Below are positions 31,410 to 42,404 of a stretch of 64,000 nucleotides of DNA, piece by piece (the first letter of the stretch is position 1; every line of letters starts with the position of its first letter). The stretch covers positions 224,001-288,000 of the forward strand of contig DAHVQG010000002.1 of the NCBI GenBank assembly GCA_027317865.1. The letters run 5' to 3'. The notes beneath the pieces are model-generated. The model was not told the origin of the DNA. It did not search any database and saw only the letters and a list, made by a program, of their open reading frames with translations. This DNA comes from Bdellovibrionales bacterium (GTDB lineage Bacteria; Bdellovibrionota; Bdellovibrionia; Bdellovibrionales; UBA1609). Position numbers and translations under genes: made by a program.

Positions 31410-33217
31410 AGCTCACGCGCCCAAAATTCGCGTTGCGCTTCTGCTTGAAGCAAAAATACCTGCCGGCCGGAAAAATACCGCGCGCCAACCCGCAAAGCAT
31501 ATTCGAGCCCGGGCGAATCTTCAGTGTAATTGAGGTCGTAAACAAATTGCGGTCGCCAATCATCCGGGGGCCATTGGCTTGTTGCCATTCGCGATCGGGG
31601 GACTGCCCATATCAAACTTTGCGGCGAATTCATAGTTGTCGCTGCGACTTCTTGCTCAGGAGTCATCCAAATTGGCTTGGCTTGACGTGCAGAAAAAAAT
31701 CGTGCCTGCGGAAAAAGCGCGCGAAGCACAAGCCGTGTCCCACTGCCGCCCCATACAACTGTGTCATCCGTGAGCGACAGGTTATGAAACGCACGTGCCA
31801 ATCCAATTAGATCCGTATTTGTAGCGCACCACCCGGCCGAGGTTTTAACAATCGTGTTTATAGCCCCAACATCGGCGGCCTTTTTGTCTGTGTGATCGCA
31901 TACGCGTAGTGCCGCAATTTTTAACGGAGACGTTACCGCAGCGGCACGAAGCCCTATTCGCTCCAATATTCCAAGATTGAGCGACTGCAGCTCATCTTCT
32001 TCAAGCGGTATGGCCAAAGTCCCCATCGCATGTCGTTTAAAAAACTCACTCTGTTCCGCAGGGGTGCGGCTGTGGGCCACCGGTTGGCCAAGGATGGCCG
32101 CAAATGTATCGGCGTTTTTGGTGTAGCGAAGAAAATCAAACACAAGCGGTTGATCGAGAAGGCCGTCACCCTCGCGCGTGAAATTCAAATGCATTTTCGA
32201 ACTTTGCGCAAGACGATACCATTGCCATCTGCCGGTTTTTGAAATGGGCAAAAACGACCGCGCCTTTTGGTTTTCGATAAAAAATCGATGGCCGACCCAA
32301 AGCTCGGTCAAATCGCGAATCAGAATCGCTAATTTATGATGATCGGCCTTTTGTGAAAGAAGACGCGCGGCCGCCTCGTCCACTGTTTCATTTTCTCGGC
32401 GCTCGTGTAGCGACACAATTGTGTTATGTAATAGCGGCGATGGGCCAAGTTCAATAGCCCAATCGGTTGCATACGGGCCGCTAAAGTCAATTAACTCTTT
32501 AGACGTCTCTTCTTTTCGAAAACTTACGAGCACTTTTTCGGCTGGGAGCATCTTGACCGCCGAACGAATTTGCTCCTCGCTTAGTAAATCATCGCGAAAT
32601 TCAAAATACCGCACCCCCAATTGCAGATGGCGGGAGAAAAACAGCTCTTGGCGTGCCGAGTTTTCTAAAACCCATGGGGTAACAGCAATCGAGGTTAGAA
32701 GATGCGCTGGAGATAACCCGATCAGCGCTGGCTCAAATTCATTTTGTTGATCCCAACCTTCGCCGAGCGTAATTTGTCGATGTGCCCACTGGCGATAACG
32801 CGCTTCACGCTCTAAATAACGACCGCGAAATTCTTCAAGCGGATTTTTATCCGGCTCAAGCCGTGGGCGATTTAAAAATATGCGGCCACACGAATCTGAT
32901 TCCCGGCGTATCCACCACGCCTCGACGTCTTTGGGTAAGGGCCCCATAAAGCCTGCGCCTAAAGCCAAAAACAAATCTTGCGTTGCATGCCGGTACTCTC
33001 TGTATAATTCTTGAAAAACCGAAATTTCAATTTCACGAAACCGTCCTTCATTTTCGATTAGATCTTCGAGCAATCGACCCTGACGCCGGCAGATTTCTTC
33101 ATCCAAATCGAGAAAAGCGGCGCGCGAATCAAGACCGCGCTCAAAAAAATAATTTTTAAGCCGCGACAAAAATAGTGTTTTACCAGTTCCACGATGGCCG
33201 ACCAAAACTGTAATCAT
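31406..33217 (-). CDS. Fused shikimate kinase / type I 3-dehydroquinase / shikimate dehydrogenase
   Basis: N: GHRGTGKT, DLDEEI, FREIE. Middle: EFRDD, VSFR, IVSLH, HKLA. C: LGQPVAHSRTP, VTSPLK, GAINT, NTD, DLNY, QAEAQ. Confidence 0.8.
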   Translation of the reverse strand: MITVLVGHRGTGKTLFLSRLKNYFFERGLDSRAAFLDLDEEICRRQGRLLEDLIENEGRFREIEISVFQELYREYRHATQDLFLALGAGFMGPLPKDVEAWWIRRESDSCGRIFLNRPRLEPDKNPLEEFRGRYLEREARYRQWAHRQITLGEGWDQQNEFEPALIGLSPAHLLTSIAVTPWVLENSARQELFFSRHLQLGVRYFEFRDDLLSEEQIRSAVKMLPAEKVLVSFRKEETSKELIDFSGPYATDWAIELGPSPLLHNTIVSLHERRENETVDEAAARLLSQKADHHKLAILIRDLTELWVGHRFFIENQKARSFLPISKTGRWQWYRLAQSSKMHLNFTREGDGLLDQPLVFDFLRYTKNADTFAAILGQPVAHSRTPAEQSEFFKRHAMGTLAIPLEEDELQSLNLGILERIGLRAAAVTSPLKIAALRVCDHTDKKAADVGAINTIVKTSAGWCATNTDLIGLARAFHNLSLTDDTVVWGGSGTRLVLRALFPQARFFSARQAKPIWMTPEQEVAATTMNSPQSLIWAVPRSRMATSQWPPDDWRPQFVYDLNYTEDSPGLEYALRVGARYFSGRQVFLLQAEAQREFWAREL

Positions 33218-34419
33218 TTTGATCTCGCCGCAATAAGCGCAAATTCGGGGAAGCTCTTTGACACAACTCTCATATCCCCTACTTGTATCGGAAAACCCGC
33301 CCAGCGCGCAACCTCTGCGGCCATGGCCATTCGATGATCGTGATCAGGGTCAAATACCCAGATATTTCCAGAAGTTGACCGCGTTTGATGTGGCTCAATC
33401 AATACCGTTTCGCCATCGGGTGAATCACTGGTTGAAACTGTTGCGCCCATCCACTCGATGAGTTCGCGCGTGCGCTCGAGCCGAGATGACTCTTTGAATT
33501 TCAGATGGCCTATCCCTGAGATCCGGCTAGGCGTGCCGGCAAGCGCGCACAAAACGCCGAGTATCGGAAACAAATCCGGGCAGTTTGAAATGTTGGTTGT
33601 TAGACCGCGAACAAGGTCCGATTGTTCGACCATGAGCGAATCGTTCTCGTATCGCAACGACCCACCCATTTGACTCAACAGTTTTACAAATATCGCATCT
33701 GGCTGCAAACTTCGTGTCGGAAAATGTTGTATTTCTGCACGGCCCGCAACGACAGCAAGAGCTGTAACCGCGAATGCCGAACTCAAATCGGGTTCACACA
33801 AATAAGGCTCCGCACGCTGAATTTTTTGCCCGGCTGCAATTACAAATTCAGGCCCATGTCCGTACACTCGCATCCCAAAATCTCGCACCATTTGAAGGGT
33901 CATTCGAAAATAGCTCTCTGACACTATTTTTTTTGAAATCGACACCGGAAGTTGAAACGGCAATCCCCATGCACTCAAAAACACAGCCGACGCAAACTGA
34001 CTCGATCGCTGCGTGCTTATATGAAGCCCATCCCCCGATAAACGCCAACCGCTTGATCGGATTCTAAGTGAATTCTCCCGCAATTCAGCATCGACGCCGA
34101 GTTGATTGAGAATCGAAATCAACTCCGTTTGCGGTCGAGAAAAAAGCCGTTTGCTACCATTGATCTCGTGAACGCCCGGCACTCTAGCCGCGCGAAGAGC
34201 CATGAACCGCAAAACTGTACCGGCGTCCCCACATTCAATTGGCGTTCGTCTTTCAAGGTTTAGCTGAGCAAGCGCTTGACGCATAAATACCACGTCATCC
34301 GCTTGGCTTTCGCCGATTATTTTAATAGTTGGCTGAAAACTTTGGATGACAAGCGCGCGATTCAATATGGATTTTGAGCTTGCAAGTTCTCCACTAAAAT
34401 AAAACGGTTTCATTTGCAC
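33214..34419 (-). CDS. aroA: EPSP synthase
   Basis: SKSILNR, GDAGTVLRF, SSQFASA, DLSSA, SLQPD, PDLFP, KESSR, DHRMAMA, KSFPEF. Confidence 0.95.
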   Translation of the reverse strand: MQMKPFYFSGELASSKSILNRALVIQSFQPTIKIIGESQADDVVFMRQALAQLNLERRTPIECGDAGTVLRFMALRAARVPGVHEINGSKRLFSRPQTELISILNQLGVDAELRENSLRIRSSGWRLSGDGLHISTQRSSQFASAVFLSAWGLPFQLPVSISKKIVSESYFRMTLQMVRDFGMRVYGHGPEFVIAAGQKIQRAEPYLCEPDLSSAFAVTALAVVAGRAEIQHFPTRSLQPDAIFVKLLSQMGGSLRYENDSLMVEQSDLVRGLTTNISNCPDLFPILGVLCALAGTPSRISGIGHLKFKESSRLERTRELIEWMGATVSTSDSPDGETVLIEPHQTRSTSGNIWVFDPDHDHRMAMAAEVARWAGFPIQVGDMRVVSKSFPEFALIAARSK

Positions 34420-35423
34420 CAGCCAATAATCTTTGCAAATCTATAAATTTCTAATGCACGGACTTCTTTTGTTATTGGCCGCCCTGGTTTTTTAAGAAAT
34501 ACAAAGCGGACACGGCCGCCGCTTGCCGCCTTTTTGTCGTTTGCCACGGCTTCTAAAAGTTCTCTTTTTGAAATTTTAGGTCGTGATGTCGCTGGATTTT
34601 TATCTAAAAATGCTAACGCTAAATTTAATTCCCTTTTGGACATTAGCCCTTTTTGTTCGCTAAACCGCATGGCAAATTCGAGCCCAATCCGAACAGCCTC
34701 CCCATGACTCAAATGTCTCGGCCCACCGCAAAGCTCAATCGCGTGACCGTAGGTATGACCCAAATTTAAAATCATACGCCGCCCTGAATTTTCATATAAA
34801 TCCATTTCAACAACGTGCATCTTTGCGCGGGCGAGCTCCGGCAAAAGACTCCAAAGAAGTTTCGCATCAAGAACAGGAGCCGAATTTATTTTATGATATA
34901 GTGCCCCTCCCGTAAGAAGCGCCATCTTCTGTGCCTCACCAAAACCTGAAATTAAATTTTTCTCAGGCTCGCCAAAAAGCATTTCTTTAATAAAAAATAC
35001 GGCGCGCGCGGGGTAAAAGGTCCCGATTTGATTCTTAAATTTGCCGACATTCATCGCGGTTTTTCCACCGTGCGCGGAATCGACTGCAGCAAGCCACGTT
35101 GAGGGAATGTGCACAAGTCTTATACCACGTTTAATGACACTTGCTAAAAAACCAGCCCCATCACCGATCGACCCTCCGCCGACAGCAACTATTGCACAGT
35201 CGTGGCGGGAAATATTCGCTGTCATTGGCAATATAACTCCAACAAGTTTCGGCAGATTTGCCAGATCTTTAAATGACTCACCACCTTTAACGGCGAGCGT
35301 GTAACTAAAACGCTTAAGCCATTTTACAAAGTAGGGTTTATTCAAAAGTTTTCGGTCGTAGACAATGATCAGGCGCCGCGCGGAGGCGGCTGCCATGAGT
35401 TCGCTCTTCGATGGCAAATTCAA
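34410..35423 (-). CDS. aroB: 3-dehydroquinate synthase
   Basis: GGE..K, GGGSIGD..GF, PSTWLAAVDSAHGGKT, KNQIG.F, LNLGHTYGHAIE, HGEAV, DKK. Confidence 0.95.
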   Translation of the reverse strand: MNLPSKSELMAAASARRLIIVYDRKLLNKPYFVKWLKRFSYTLAVKGGESFKDLANLPKLVGVILPMTANISRHDCAIVAVGGGSIGDGAGFLASVIKRGIRLVHIPSTWLAAVDSAHGGKTAMNVGKFKNQIGTFYPARAVFFIKEMLFGEPEKNLISGFGEAQKMALLTGGALYHKINSAPVLDAKLLWSLLPELARAKMHVVEMDLYENSGRRMILNLGHTYGHAIELCGGPRHLSHGEAVRIGLEFAMRFSEQKGLMSKRELNLALAFLDKNPATSRPKISKRELLEAVANDKKAASGGRVRFVFLKKPGRPITKEVRALEIYRFAKIIGWCK

Positions 35424-35445
35424 TTTGTTTATAATACGGTATTTT

Positions 35446-37074
35446 TTATTTATAATAGACGCTCCCGAAATAGTCGACGCCGAACGGGCTAACCTGGTAT
35501 CCCCTGACGTCCTTGCGCAAAGCTTTAAAAATCGTACTATAAGCGATTGGCACCCAAGGAATTTGTTGATGAAATATCTGCTGCGCCCGCTGGTAAAATC
35601 GGGTGCGAATTCGCACGTTCGTGGTTACTCGGGCACGATCCACTTCGAACGAAAATCGGCGGTCGCACCAGTGCGCGCGATTATCGCCGGATGAAATACT
35701 GTCGCACGACAGAAGCGTATTGAGAAAATTATCCGGATCACCATTATCACCCGTCCACCCTTGCAAGCTGAACGGCAACTCACCGGCCCGCGATTTCTTT
35801 AAAAATGTGACCCACCCGAGAGTCTTCACGTTGACGTCGATTCCCACTTTGTCGAGATCTCGCTTAATGAGTTCGGCCATTTTTAAGGGATTCGGATTGT
35901 ACGGACGCGCCACGTGCGGGCACCATAGTGTTACTTTAAATCCTTTGGGCAAGCCCAATTGCTTCAACAACTTGCGTGCTTCTTCGGGGTCGTAATGATA
36001 GTCGCGAATTTTACGGTCGAACGACCACATAGTGGGTGGAATCGGATTTTTCGCAACCTCGGCCTGATTGTCATAAATGGCTTTAATGTATGACTCCCGA
36101 TTGAGCGCATAATAGACGGCTTTTCGAAATTTAAGCGAGGCAAACGGCATTTTTCTCACATTGAATGTTAAATAACTCAAGTTTAAACCTGGCGACGCCA
36201 GAAGTTTAAGCTTGGGGTTTCGGCGGATTATGTCGATGGCGTCAGGCGGCAAATTGCCGTCAATTTGGCAGCGGCCGGTAATTAAATCATGTAAGCGCGC
36301 GCGCGGACTTGTTACGATTCGAAAAACAAGATGTTCTATTTTGGGCTTGCCCAGAAAATAATCGGGATTTGCCGTGTACCGAATGAGGCGCCCCCTTAAA
36401 TACGATTGAAAAATAAACGGCCCCGTACCGACGGGCTTCGAATCTATGTCTGCAAGACGGTGTTGTCGAATCAATTGGTCCGCATATTGTTTAGACAAAA
36501 TGCTCGCAAAATCCATGGCGAGATCGGCAAGAAATGGCGCTTCGGGTTGAGTCAAAACAAATCTCACGGTCAAATTATTTATTTTCTCAATTCGCGCGAT
36601 TAGAGAGGGCATTTGTTCAGCTTCAAAATCGGGATACACTCCGCCCCCGACATCATGAAACGGATTCTTTGTCGAAAGCATACGATGAAAAGTAAATATA
36701 ACGTCGTCCGCGTCGAAATCACGGGTCGGGGTGAAGTAGGGGGTTTTTTGAAACTTCACTCCTTTTCGCAGGTGAAAAGTTATGACTTTACCGTCCGGAG
36801 ATATTTGCCACGACTGTGCAAGACTTGGCTCAATTTGCATGGTGCTGTTATTGAGTTTAACCAATCGATTATAAATCTGCTGTGAACTTGCATTAAAGGT
36901 CGCGCCGTCAGTGGCAAGCTCCGGATTAAATGTCTGGGGACTTGCAACAGCACAGTAAACTAATGTCTGACCACGCGAGGGTGACTTTTTACCGTATGAA
37001 GCGGAAGTCCAAACACAAAAAGTAAGGATCAACCACAACAACCCAATTCCATTTCGAATATCTTGCCGTATCAT
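35446..37074 (-). CDS. Dipeptide ABC transporter substrate-binding protein (DppA-like)
   Basis: P.LAQSW..S.DG...[34 protein letters not shown]. Confidence 0.9.
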   Translation of the reverse strand: MIRQDIRNGIGLLWLILTFCVWTSASYGKKSPSRGQTLVYCAVASPQTFNPELATDGATFNASSQQIYNRLVKLNNSTMQIEPSLAQSWQISPDGKVITFHLRKGVKFQKTPYFTPTRDFDADDVIFTFHRMLSTKNPFHDVGGGVYPDFEAEQMPSLIARIEKINNLTVRFVLTQPEAPFLADLAMDFASILSKQYADQLIRQHRLADIDSKPVGTGPFIFQSYLRGRLIRYTANPDYFLGKPKIEHLVFRIVTSPRARLHDLITGRCQIDGNLPPDAIDIIRRNPKLKLLASPGLNLSYLTFNVRKMPFASLKFRKAVYYALNRESYIKAIYDNQAEVAKNPIPPTMWSFDRKIRDYHYDPEEARKLLKQLGLPKGFKVTLWCPHVARPYNPNPLKMAELIKRDLDKVGIDVNVKTLGWVTFLKKSRAGELPFSLQGWTGDNGDPDNFLNTLLSCDSISSGDNRAHWCDRRFSFEVDRARVTTNVRIRTRFYQRAQQIFHQQIPWVPIAYSTIFKALRKDVRGYQVSPFGVDYFGSVYYK

Positions 37075-37787
37075 GTTGTTTTTCTCCAGTCGATTGGCTC
37101 AATACCGTGCTTTTTGAGATATGCGTTGGATTTTGAAAAGTGGCGAGAACCAAAAAAGCCACGATGTGCAGAAAGAGGCGACGGATGCGGAGCCTCTAAA
37201 ACCAGATGCCGCTTGCGATCAATAAGTGCGCCTTTTTTTTGCGCGAAACTTCCCCAGAGAATGAAGACGATGTGTTGACGATGCTCGTTGAGATATTGAA
37301 CCGCAAAATCAGTAAATTCCTCCCATCCTTTTTTTTGATGAGAACCCGCCTTGCCCGCTTCAACGGATAAGGTTGCATTAAGAAGAAGAACACCCTGTTT
37401 GGCCCAACCACTGAGACAGCCGTTTTTTGGCAATTCAATGCCCAAATCACTTTTCAATTCTTTAAAAATATTTTCTAGCGACGGCGGCAACGCAACACCT
37501 TCTTTGACTGAGAAACAGAGCCCGTGTGCTTGACCCGGACCATGATAGGGATCTTGCCCTAAAATGACCACTTTGACTTCATCCAACGGCGTGAGATTGA
37601 AAGCAGCGAAATACTCCGAAGGTTTAGGATAAATTCGTTTGTTGGATCGCAACTCGTTAAGCAGAAAGGCGCGCAAATCCTGCATATAAGGCTTTTGAAT
37701 TTCACCTTGGAGGGCTGCCCGCCACTGGGGTTCAAGCTTGATCCGAGCGGCCGCTTCACTCAATTGTTCGCTTACGCCAGAGCCCAT
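37071..37787 (-). CDS. ung: Uracil-DNA glycosylase family 1
   Basis: [33 protein letters not shown]. Confidence 0.98.
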   Translation of the reverse strand: MGSGVSEQLSEAAARIKLEPQWRAALQGEIQKPYMQDLRAFLLNELRSNKRIYPKPSEYFAAFNLTPLDEVKVVILGQDPYHGPGQAHGLCFSVKEGVALPPSLENIFKELKSDLGIELPKNGCLSGWAKQGVLLLNATLSVEAGKAGSHQKKGWEEFTDFAVQYLNEHRQHIVFILWGSFAQKKGALIDRKRHLVLEAPHPSPLSAHRGFFGSRHFSKSNAYLKKHGIEPIDWRKTT

Positions 37788-37834
37788 CTTCACTTGCGTC
37801 CTTCCTAGCAAATGGTTTAACTTTTATTCCAACA

Positions 37835-38689
37835 ATGCGGCTTAGACAAGGTGAACGCATGACGCTTCATAAACTCACGGGTGCTGGCAATTGCTTCTTG
37901 TTGATCGACTTATTACAAACGCGATCACATAAGCGCGGTAAAAATCGCTTTGTTCCAAAGGGTAAACGAAGACAATTGGCAAAAAAACTCTGCGACCTGC
38001 ACACCGGCATTGGCGCCGATGGACTCCTTTTTCTCGAATCTTCAAAGATTGCCGATCTTAAGTGGGATTTTTACAACGCTGACGGTTCAAATGCCGAAAT
38101 GTGCGGAAACGCTGCCCGTTGCGTTGGAGCATATCTGCTCCAACAATATGAACGCGTCTTATGCACAACCATTTCCACTCGAAGCGGCGTCATTGAGGTT
38201 GAACCGCTTGCTAAGAAAGGTGCGTTTCGAGTCACAATGCCGACCATTCGCGAAATTGAATTAGGCCGCGAATTCGATTTTGTAGACTCTGGAGTACCGC
38301 ACGCAGTCGTTTGTATTAAATTCCGCTCGCTTTTTGAAAATGTAAAAGATCTAGAAAAAATAGTGGATAAAATTCGGAGCCTTCGGCGTTTTAAAAAGCG
38401 CGGGGTTAACGTCACATTTTACCTTGCACCACAAGGCAGGCAAAAAAAGCGCAGCACGAGCCGTAACATTAACTCGCTCACTTTTGAGCGCGGCGTTGGC
38501 GGCTTTACCCAAGCTTGCGGAACCGGCGCTGTTGCCGCCGCAACCTCATTCGCCGCTCATAGTGCTTTGACCCGAGGGAGGGTCAACGTGCGCGTGCCGG
38601 GTGGCCAACTCGTCGTTGAACTCGGCCAAACTCGCCCCATCTTGTCGGGGCCGGCATCTTATATCGCAGAAATTCACGTTAACATCTAA
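37835..38689 (+). CDS. dapF: Diaminopimelate epimerase
   Basis: GAGN.F, GIGADG, NADGS.AEMCGN, GVPH, ERGVG..TQACGTG. Confidence 0.93.
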   Translation: MRLRQGERMTLHKLTGAGNCFLLIDLLQTRSHKRGKNRFVPKGKRRQLAKKLCDLHTGIGADGLLFLESSKIADLKWDFYNADGSNAEMCGNAARCVGAYLLQQYERVLCTTISTRSGVIEVEPLAKKGAFRVTMPTIREIELGREFDFVDSGVPHAVVCIKFRSLFENVKDLEKIVDKIRSLRRFKKRGVNVTFYLAPQGRQKKRSTSRNINSLTFERGVGGFTQACGTGAVAAATSFAAHSALTRGRVNVRVPGGQLVVELGQTRPILSGPASYIAEIHVNI

Positions 38690-38739
38690 AACTTCTTTCA
38701 CTTTATTTTGTCGGCGAAATGGCCTATTTTGACTGAGCC

Positions 38740-39888
38740 ATGAGCCTGGATAAAACTAAACTTTGTAATCAGCTAAAAGTTGTCGAGCAGATAAAGGAGT
38801 CGTCCGACTCGGTGACGCTAGTACTTGATATTCCCGAAAAACTTCGAGACAAATTTCGCTATTCGGCCGGGCAATTTGTCACTTTCTTTCTTGATATTGA
38901 TGGCCAAGAACTTCACCGTAGCTATTCGCTTTGCACAAGCCCGGACTTTGATCAAAAATTCGCCGTCACAGTTAAACGCGTCCCGGGCGGCAGAGGCTCA
39001 ACATTTCTGACTGAAAACGTTCACGTTGGCGATGAACTCTGGACCACTCCACCGGCGGGCCGTTTTACTCTCCCCGAGAAAATTGCGGAGCAAAAACTCG
39101 TATTTTTTGCGGCGGGCAGCGGCATCACCCCTATCTTTTCACTCATAAAATCGGCGCTTAAAAAGACAACTTTGCCCTGCCTTTTGTTCTATCAAAATCG
39201 TACCGAAGACGCGGTTATTTTTCGCAGTCAACTCGACGAGCTTGAGAAAACTTCGCAAGGGAGATTTACTGTAACACACGTTTTGTCGAATCCCGACTCC
39301 GAATGGAAGGGGCTTCGGGGGCGCGCACATCACAATATGATTCGCGAATTTTTGATTCGTCATCAGGTCGGCATTCGCTCTCTTTATTTTTTATGCGGCC
39401 CCACCGGTTTTATGGAAACGGTTGAAACAGCACTTAAATCGATGTCGGTAGACCCGCTAAAAATTATTAGTGAAAATTTTGCGACATCACCTTCGCCTGC
39501 AGAAGGCCCCGAGACAACGCCGCCGTCGACGGTCACCGCAGCGGCAAAAACAAACGCTCCTGATTTGACCGGAATGGTCACAATTGGCGATCCGTCAGAT
39601 GTTGGCTCGCCAGAAGTAATCGAGGTTCGTTGGGAGGGCGAAACTAAAACAGTACCGTACAAAGGCAACGCTTCGATTCTTGAAACTCTTCTTGATGCCG
39701 ACCTTAACCCTCCGTATTCATGCATGGACGGAGCGTGCATGGCTTGCATGGCCAAAGTTGAGAAAGGACTCGTTTATCAAGCTGATCCTGGAATTTTGTG
39801 CGATGATAATATCGAGGCTAAAGAATGTCTGACCTGCCAATCGCGGCCGGCCTCGAAAATCGTGCGCGTCAACTACGACGCGTTTTAG
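38740..39888 (+). CDS. FAD/NAD-binding oxidoreductase with C-terminal 2Fe-2S ferredoxin (PaaE/KshB-like)
   Basis: RSYSL, AAGSGITP, LCGP.GFM, YSCMDGACMAC...CLTC. Confidence 0.9.
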   Translation: MSLDKTKLCNQLKVVEQIKESSDSVTLVLDIPEKLRDKFRYSAGQFVTFFLDIDGQELHRSYSLCTSPDFDQKFAVTVKRVPGGRGSTFLTENVHVGDELWTTPPAGRFTLPEKIAEQKLVFFAAGSGITPIFSLIKSALKKTTLPCLLFYQNRTEDAVIFRSQLDELEKTSQGRFTVTHVLSNPDSEWKGLRGRAHHNMIREFLIRHQVGIRSLYFLCGPTGFMETVETALKSMSVDPLKIISENFATSPSPAEGPETTPPSTVTAAAKTNAPDLTGMVTIGDPSDVGSPEVIEVRWEGETKTVPYKGNASILETLLDADLNPPYSCMDGACMACMAKVEKGLVYQADPGILCDDNIEAKECLTCQSRPASKIVRVNYDAF

Positions 39889-39890
39889 AT

Positions 39891-41054
39891 CTACTGGATA
39901 ATCGTTCGAAAATTGCGGGTCGGCAATGTGGCCGGGGGACCAGATCCCGTATTTTGTTGAGCCATCTCAATTATTAAACCAATGCGCCCAAGCTCGCGAC
40001 CGTGAGCAGTTTCGATTTGGACGCGCCAATCCCCTGGGCTATAGTGATCCTTGTACACGAACGTTCGAAAACCTTGTGCACGGCCGCCGGTGATCGTGCC
40101 CGCAATGCGATCTTGCGTTTGCCAACCGCGCCTCGTGTATTTGAGCCAGTGAAAAATAATCTGATCTTTAAAATTTCGTGGAGCAAATATTCGCGCATAA
40201 CAAAAAACGCGATCGCCGGGATCTGCAACAAAGGTTTGGTCGCCGTGCTGCCAAAACTTCCACCACGGCCGGTCGTATGATAAAACTAAATGCGTTTGGC
40301 CATCGGTTTTAACGGTCTGAACATTGTGAAATATCCCGACGTACTGAACGGATAACGGAATCGGCGGCAATATTCGCAAAAAGTAAAGCGCAACCAGACT
40401 TACGGCAACTATCCCCGTCGGCAGGAGAATTGCGCGTTTAAGATACGCACCCCCTTGCCCCGCCTTAGCCGCCAAAGTTCGGTACAAAGTATAGAAAAAA
40501 AGCAAACCTATAATTAAACCGGCAAAAAACGCCGTGTAACCGATAAATTCAAGAATGAGCGCGATCATAATGAAAAGAAACGAAAAAATTGCGACCGAGT
40601 AGAGCCCGAACTTTATCTGTAGATTGCGTTTATGAAACCGGGGCGATTCGTTCAAAACTAAAAGCCCAAAAATAATAAGAATAAAAATCGCCGACGTGGC
40701 AAGCGAACTGCTTTTGAAATAAAAAAGAGTGTAAATGTTAAGAAGTGTTCCAAGAAAAAAGTTAAGCGCTTCTGAGTTATAGTGCCAATATTTCGCAAGC
40801 CGCCCGGAGGGGTGCCAGACATCCATCTCTTCAAGAGTTTTAAATTTCAATATTTGAAGCACAATAAGTAAATAGGCGAATTGTTGAATGAGCGCTTTGA
40901 CGCTGTCGATTCTCCGAAGCATGACCGCATCGAAAATAAACCCGCCAACAAAAAATGCAGGCGCCAAATAGCGGCTATGCCGCTTCTTAAATTCTAAGGC
41001 TTGGTTTTTCAGTTTTACAGCACGCTCAAAAAGGCGCGATGGAGTAAGACTCAT
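39891..41054 (-). CDS. DUF2914-like membrane protein
   Basis: FFVGGFIFD start, multiple TMs, IPPIPLS-like segment, GGRAQGFRT, GDWRVQIET..GRELGR. Confidence 0.7.
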   Translation of the reverse strand: MSLTPSRLFERAVKLKNQALEFKKRHSRYLAPAFFVGGFIFDAVMLRRIDSVKALIQQFAYLLIVLQILKFKTLEEMDVWHPSGRLAKYWHYNSEALNFFLGTLLNIYTLFYFKSSSLATSAIFILIIFGLLVLNESPRFHKRNLQIKFGLYSVAIFSFLFIMIALILEFIGYTAFFAGLIIGLLFFYTLYRTLAAKAGQGGAYLKRAILLPTGIVAVSLVALYFLRILPPIPLSVQYVGIFHNVQTVKTDGQTHLVLSYDRPWWKFWQHGDQTFVADPGDRVFCYARIFAPRNFKDQIIFHWLKYTRRGWQTQDRIAGTITGGRAQGFRTFVYKDHYSPGDWRVQIETAHGRELGRIGLIIEMAQQNTGSGPPATLPTRNFRTIIQ

Positions 41055-41097
41055 TGGTTGATTCTCACCGTGGGCAATTTGTGTTATCCTTAGCAGG

Positions 41098-41814
41098 ATG
41101 TCACAGAATCAAGCTAACCCAAAGACAATTGGTTCACTCAAGACCTTGATCGTTGAACCACGCTCCGAGCGCACCAAACCCGGTCCAGCCGTTATACTTT
41201 TTCACGGTTATGGCGCTGATGCCGCCGACCTTTTGCCACTTTCAGATTTAATGGCGCTGCGAGAAAACATTACTTGGATCTTCCCTGAAGCTCCGCTTCA
41301 AGTGATTTCGGCTCCGGGCATGTACGGTAGAGCCTGGTATTCACTCGACTCAAATCTGCTCGAGCGTTCGCTTCGTACCGGTGAGCCGGCCGATTTAAGC
41401 ACCATCCTGCCAAAGGGATTGGATGCGGCCCGAACGGCTGCCCTGAGTTTATATAACGAATTAATTCCGAAGCACAGCGCGATTATTTTGGGAGGTTTCA
41501 GTCAGGGCGCGACACTTGCCACGGAACTCGCGTTAACCGCTCCGGTTAAACCTGCGGGTCTTGTGATAATGTCCGGAACCGTTATTTGCGAATCACGCTG
41601 GCGCAAACTTTCATCAACCGCACGGGGCATTCCGTTCTTTCAGTGCCACGGTAAAAACGACCCGCTTCTGGGTTATCAATTCGCGGAGAAATTATTTTCG
41701 CTTCTGCAAAGCGCCGGTCTTCATGGCGAGTTCATGCCATTTTCAGGTGGTCACGAAATTCCGCCTAAAGCGATAGAAAAGATCGCAAAATTCATCAATC
41801 ATACGCTGCGGTAA
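41098..41814 (+). CDS. Phospholipase/carboxylesterase (alpha/beta hydrolase)
   Basis: HGYG, FPEAP, GGFSQGA, HGKNDP, GGHEI. Confidence 0.9.
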   Translation: MSQNQANPKTIGSLKTLIVEPRSERTKPGPAVILFHGYGADAADLLPLSDLMALRENITWIFPEAPLQVISAPGMYGRAWYSLDSNLLERSLRTGEPADLSTILPKGLDAARTAALSLYNELIPKHSAIILGGFSQGATLATELALTAPVKPAGLVIMSGTVICESRWRKLSSTARGIPFFQCHGKNDPLLGYQFAEKLFSLLQSAGLHGEFMPFSGGHEIPPKAIEKIAKFINHTLR

Positions 41815-42380
41815 AATTGCTCCAGGGGCGGCCTTTCGGTTTTTTGCGGAATGACTCGCGGGTACCCGATGTGAATGACGCCCGCGATTTCATGAGTATC
41901 AGACGAAATATTTAAAAGCGAATAAAGCTCTGAAGCTTGAATGAGTTGCCCAGTTGACCATTTCATCCCCACATTTTCACTCCACAAATAAAGCGCCATG
42001 TTTTGAAGCGCACAAGCCAGTGAAGCGTAATCTTCGCGTTCGGTCGCAACACGTTTTTTAATTCCCGCAATAAGTAGAACTGGAGCTTCGAGAATTTTCA
42101 CGCGAGCGGCCTCGGCCGCCTTTACACTCAAAGGCGATTTTTGCGACTTTAATTTCACGTAGAGATCGGCAATTTCATTTCTCGTTTTGCCTTGCACGCG
42201 AATAAAAAACCACGGCCATGTCAGGTGATGATTGGGCGCGTGAATAGCTGACTCAAGAGCCGACTGAAGAATCTCATCTGATACTTTTTTATCTGAATAT
42301 GAATGAATTGTGCGACGGCTTTTTATAATTTCAAAAACTTCCACGACCTCGACCAAAGCAGAACTAGACTTTTCAGTCAA
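41799..42380 (-). CDS. Nitroreductase (YdjA-like)
   Basis: IKSRRTI, APNHHLTWPW, ALQN, GMKWSTG, IGYP; exact start uncertain. Confidence 0.88.
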   Translation of the reverse strand: MTEKSSSALVEVVEVFEIIKSRRTIHSYSDKKVSDEILQSALESAIHAPNHHLTWPWFFIRVQGKTRNEIADLYVKLKSQKSPLSVKAAEAARVKILEAPVLLIAGIKKRVATEREDYASLACALQNMALYLWSENVGMKWSTGQLIQASELYSLLNISSDTHEIAGVIHIGYPRVIPQKTERPPLEQFYRSV

Positions 42381-42404
42381 TTAACATCCAGCGAAAATGT
42401 AGAG

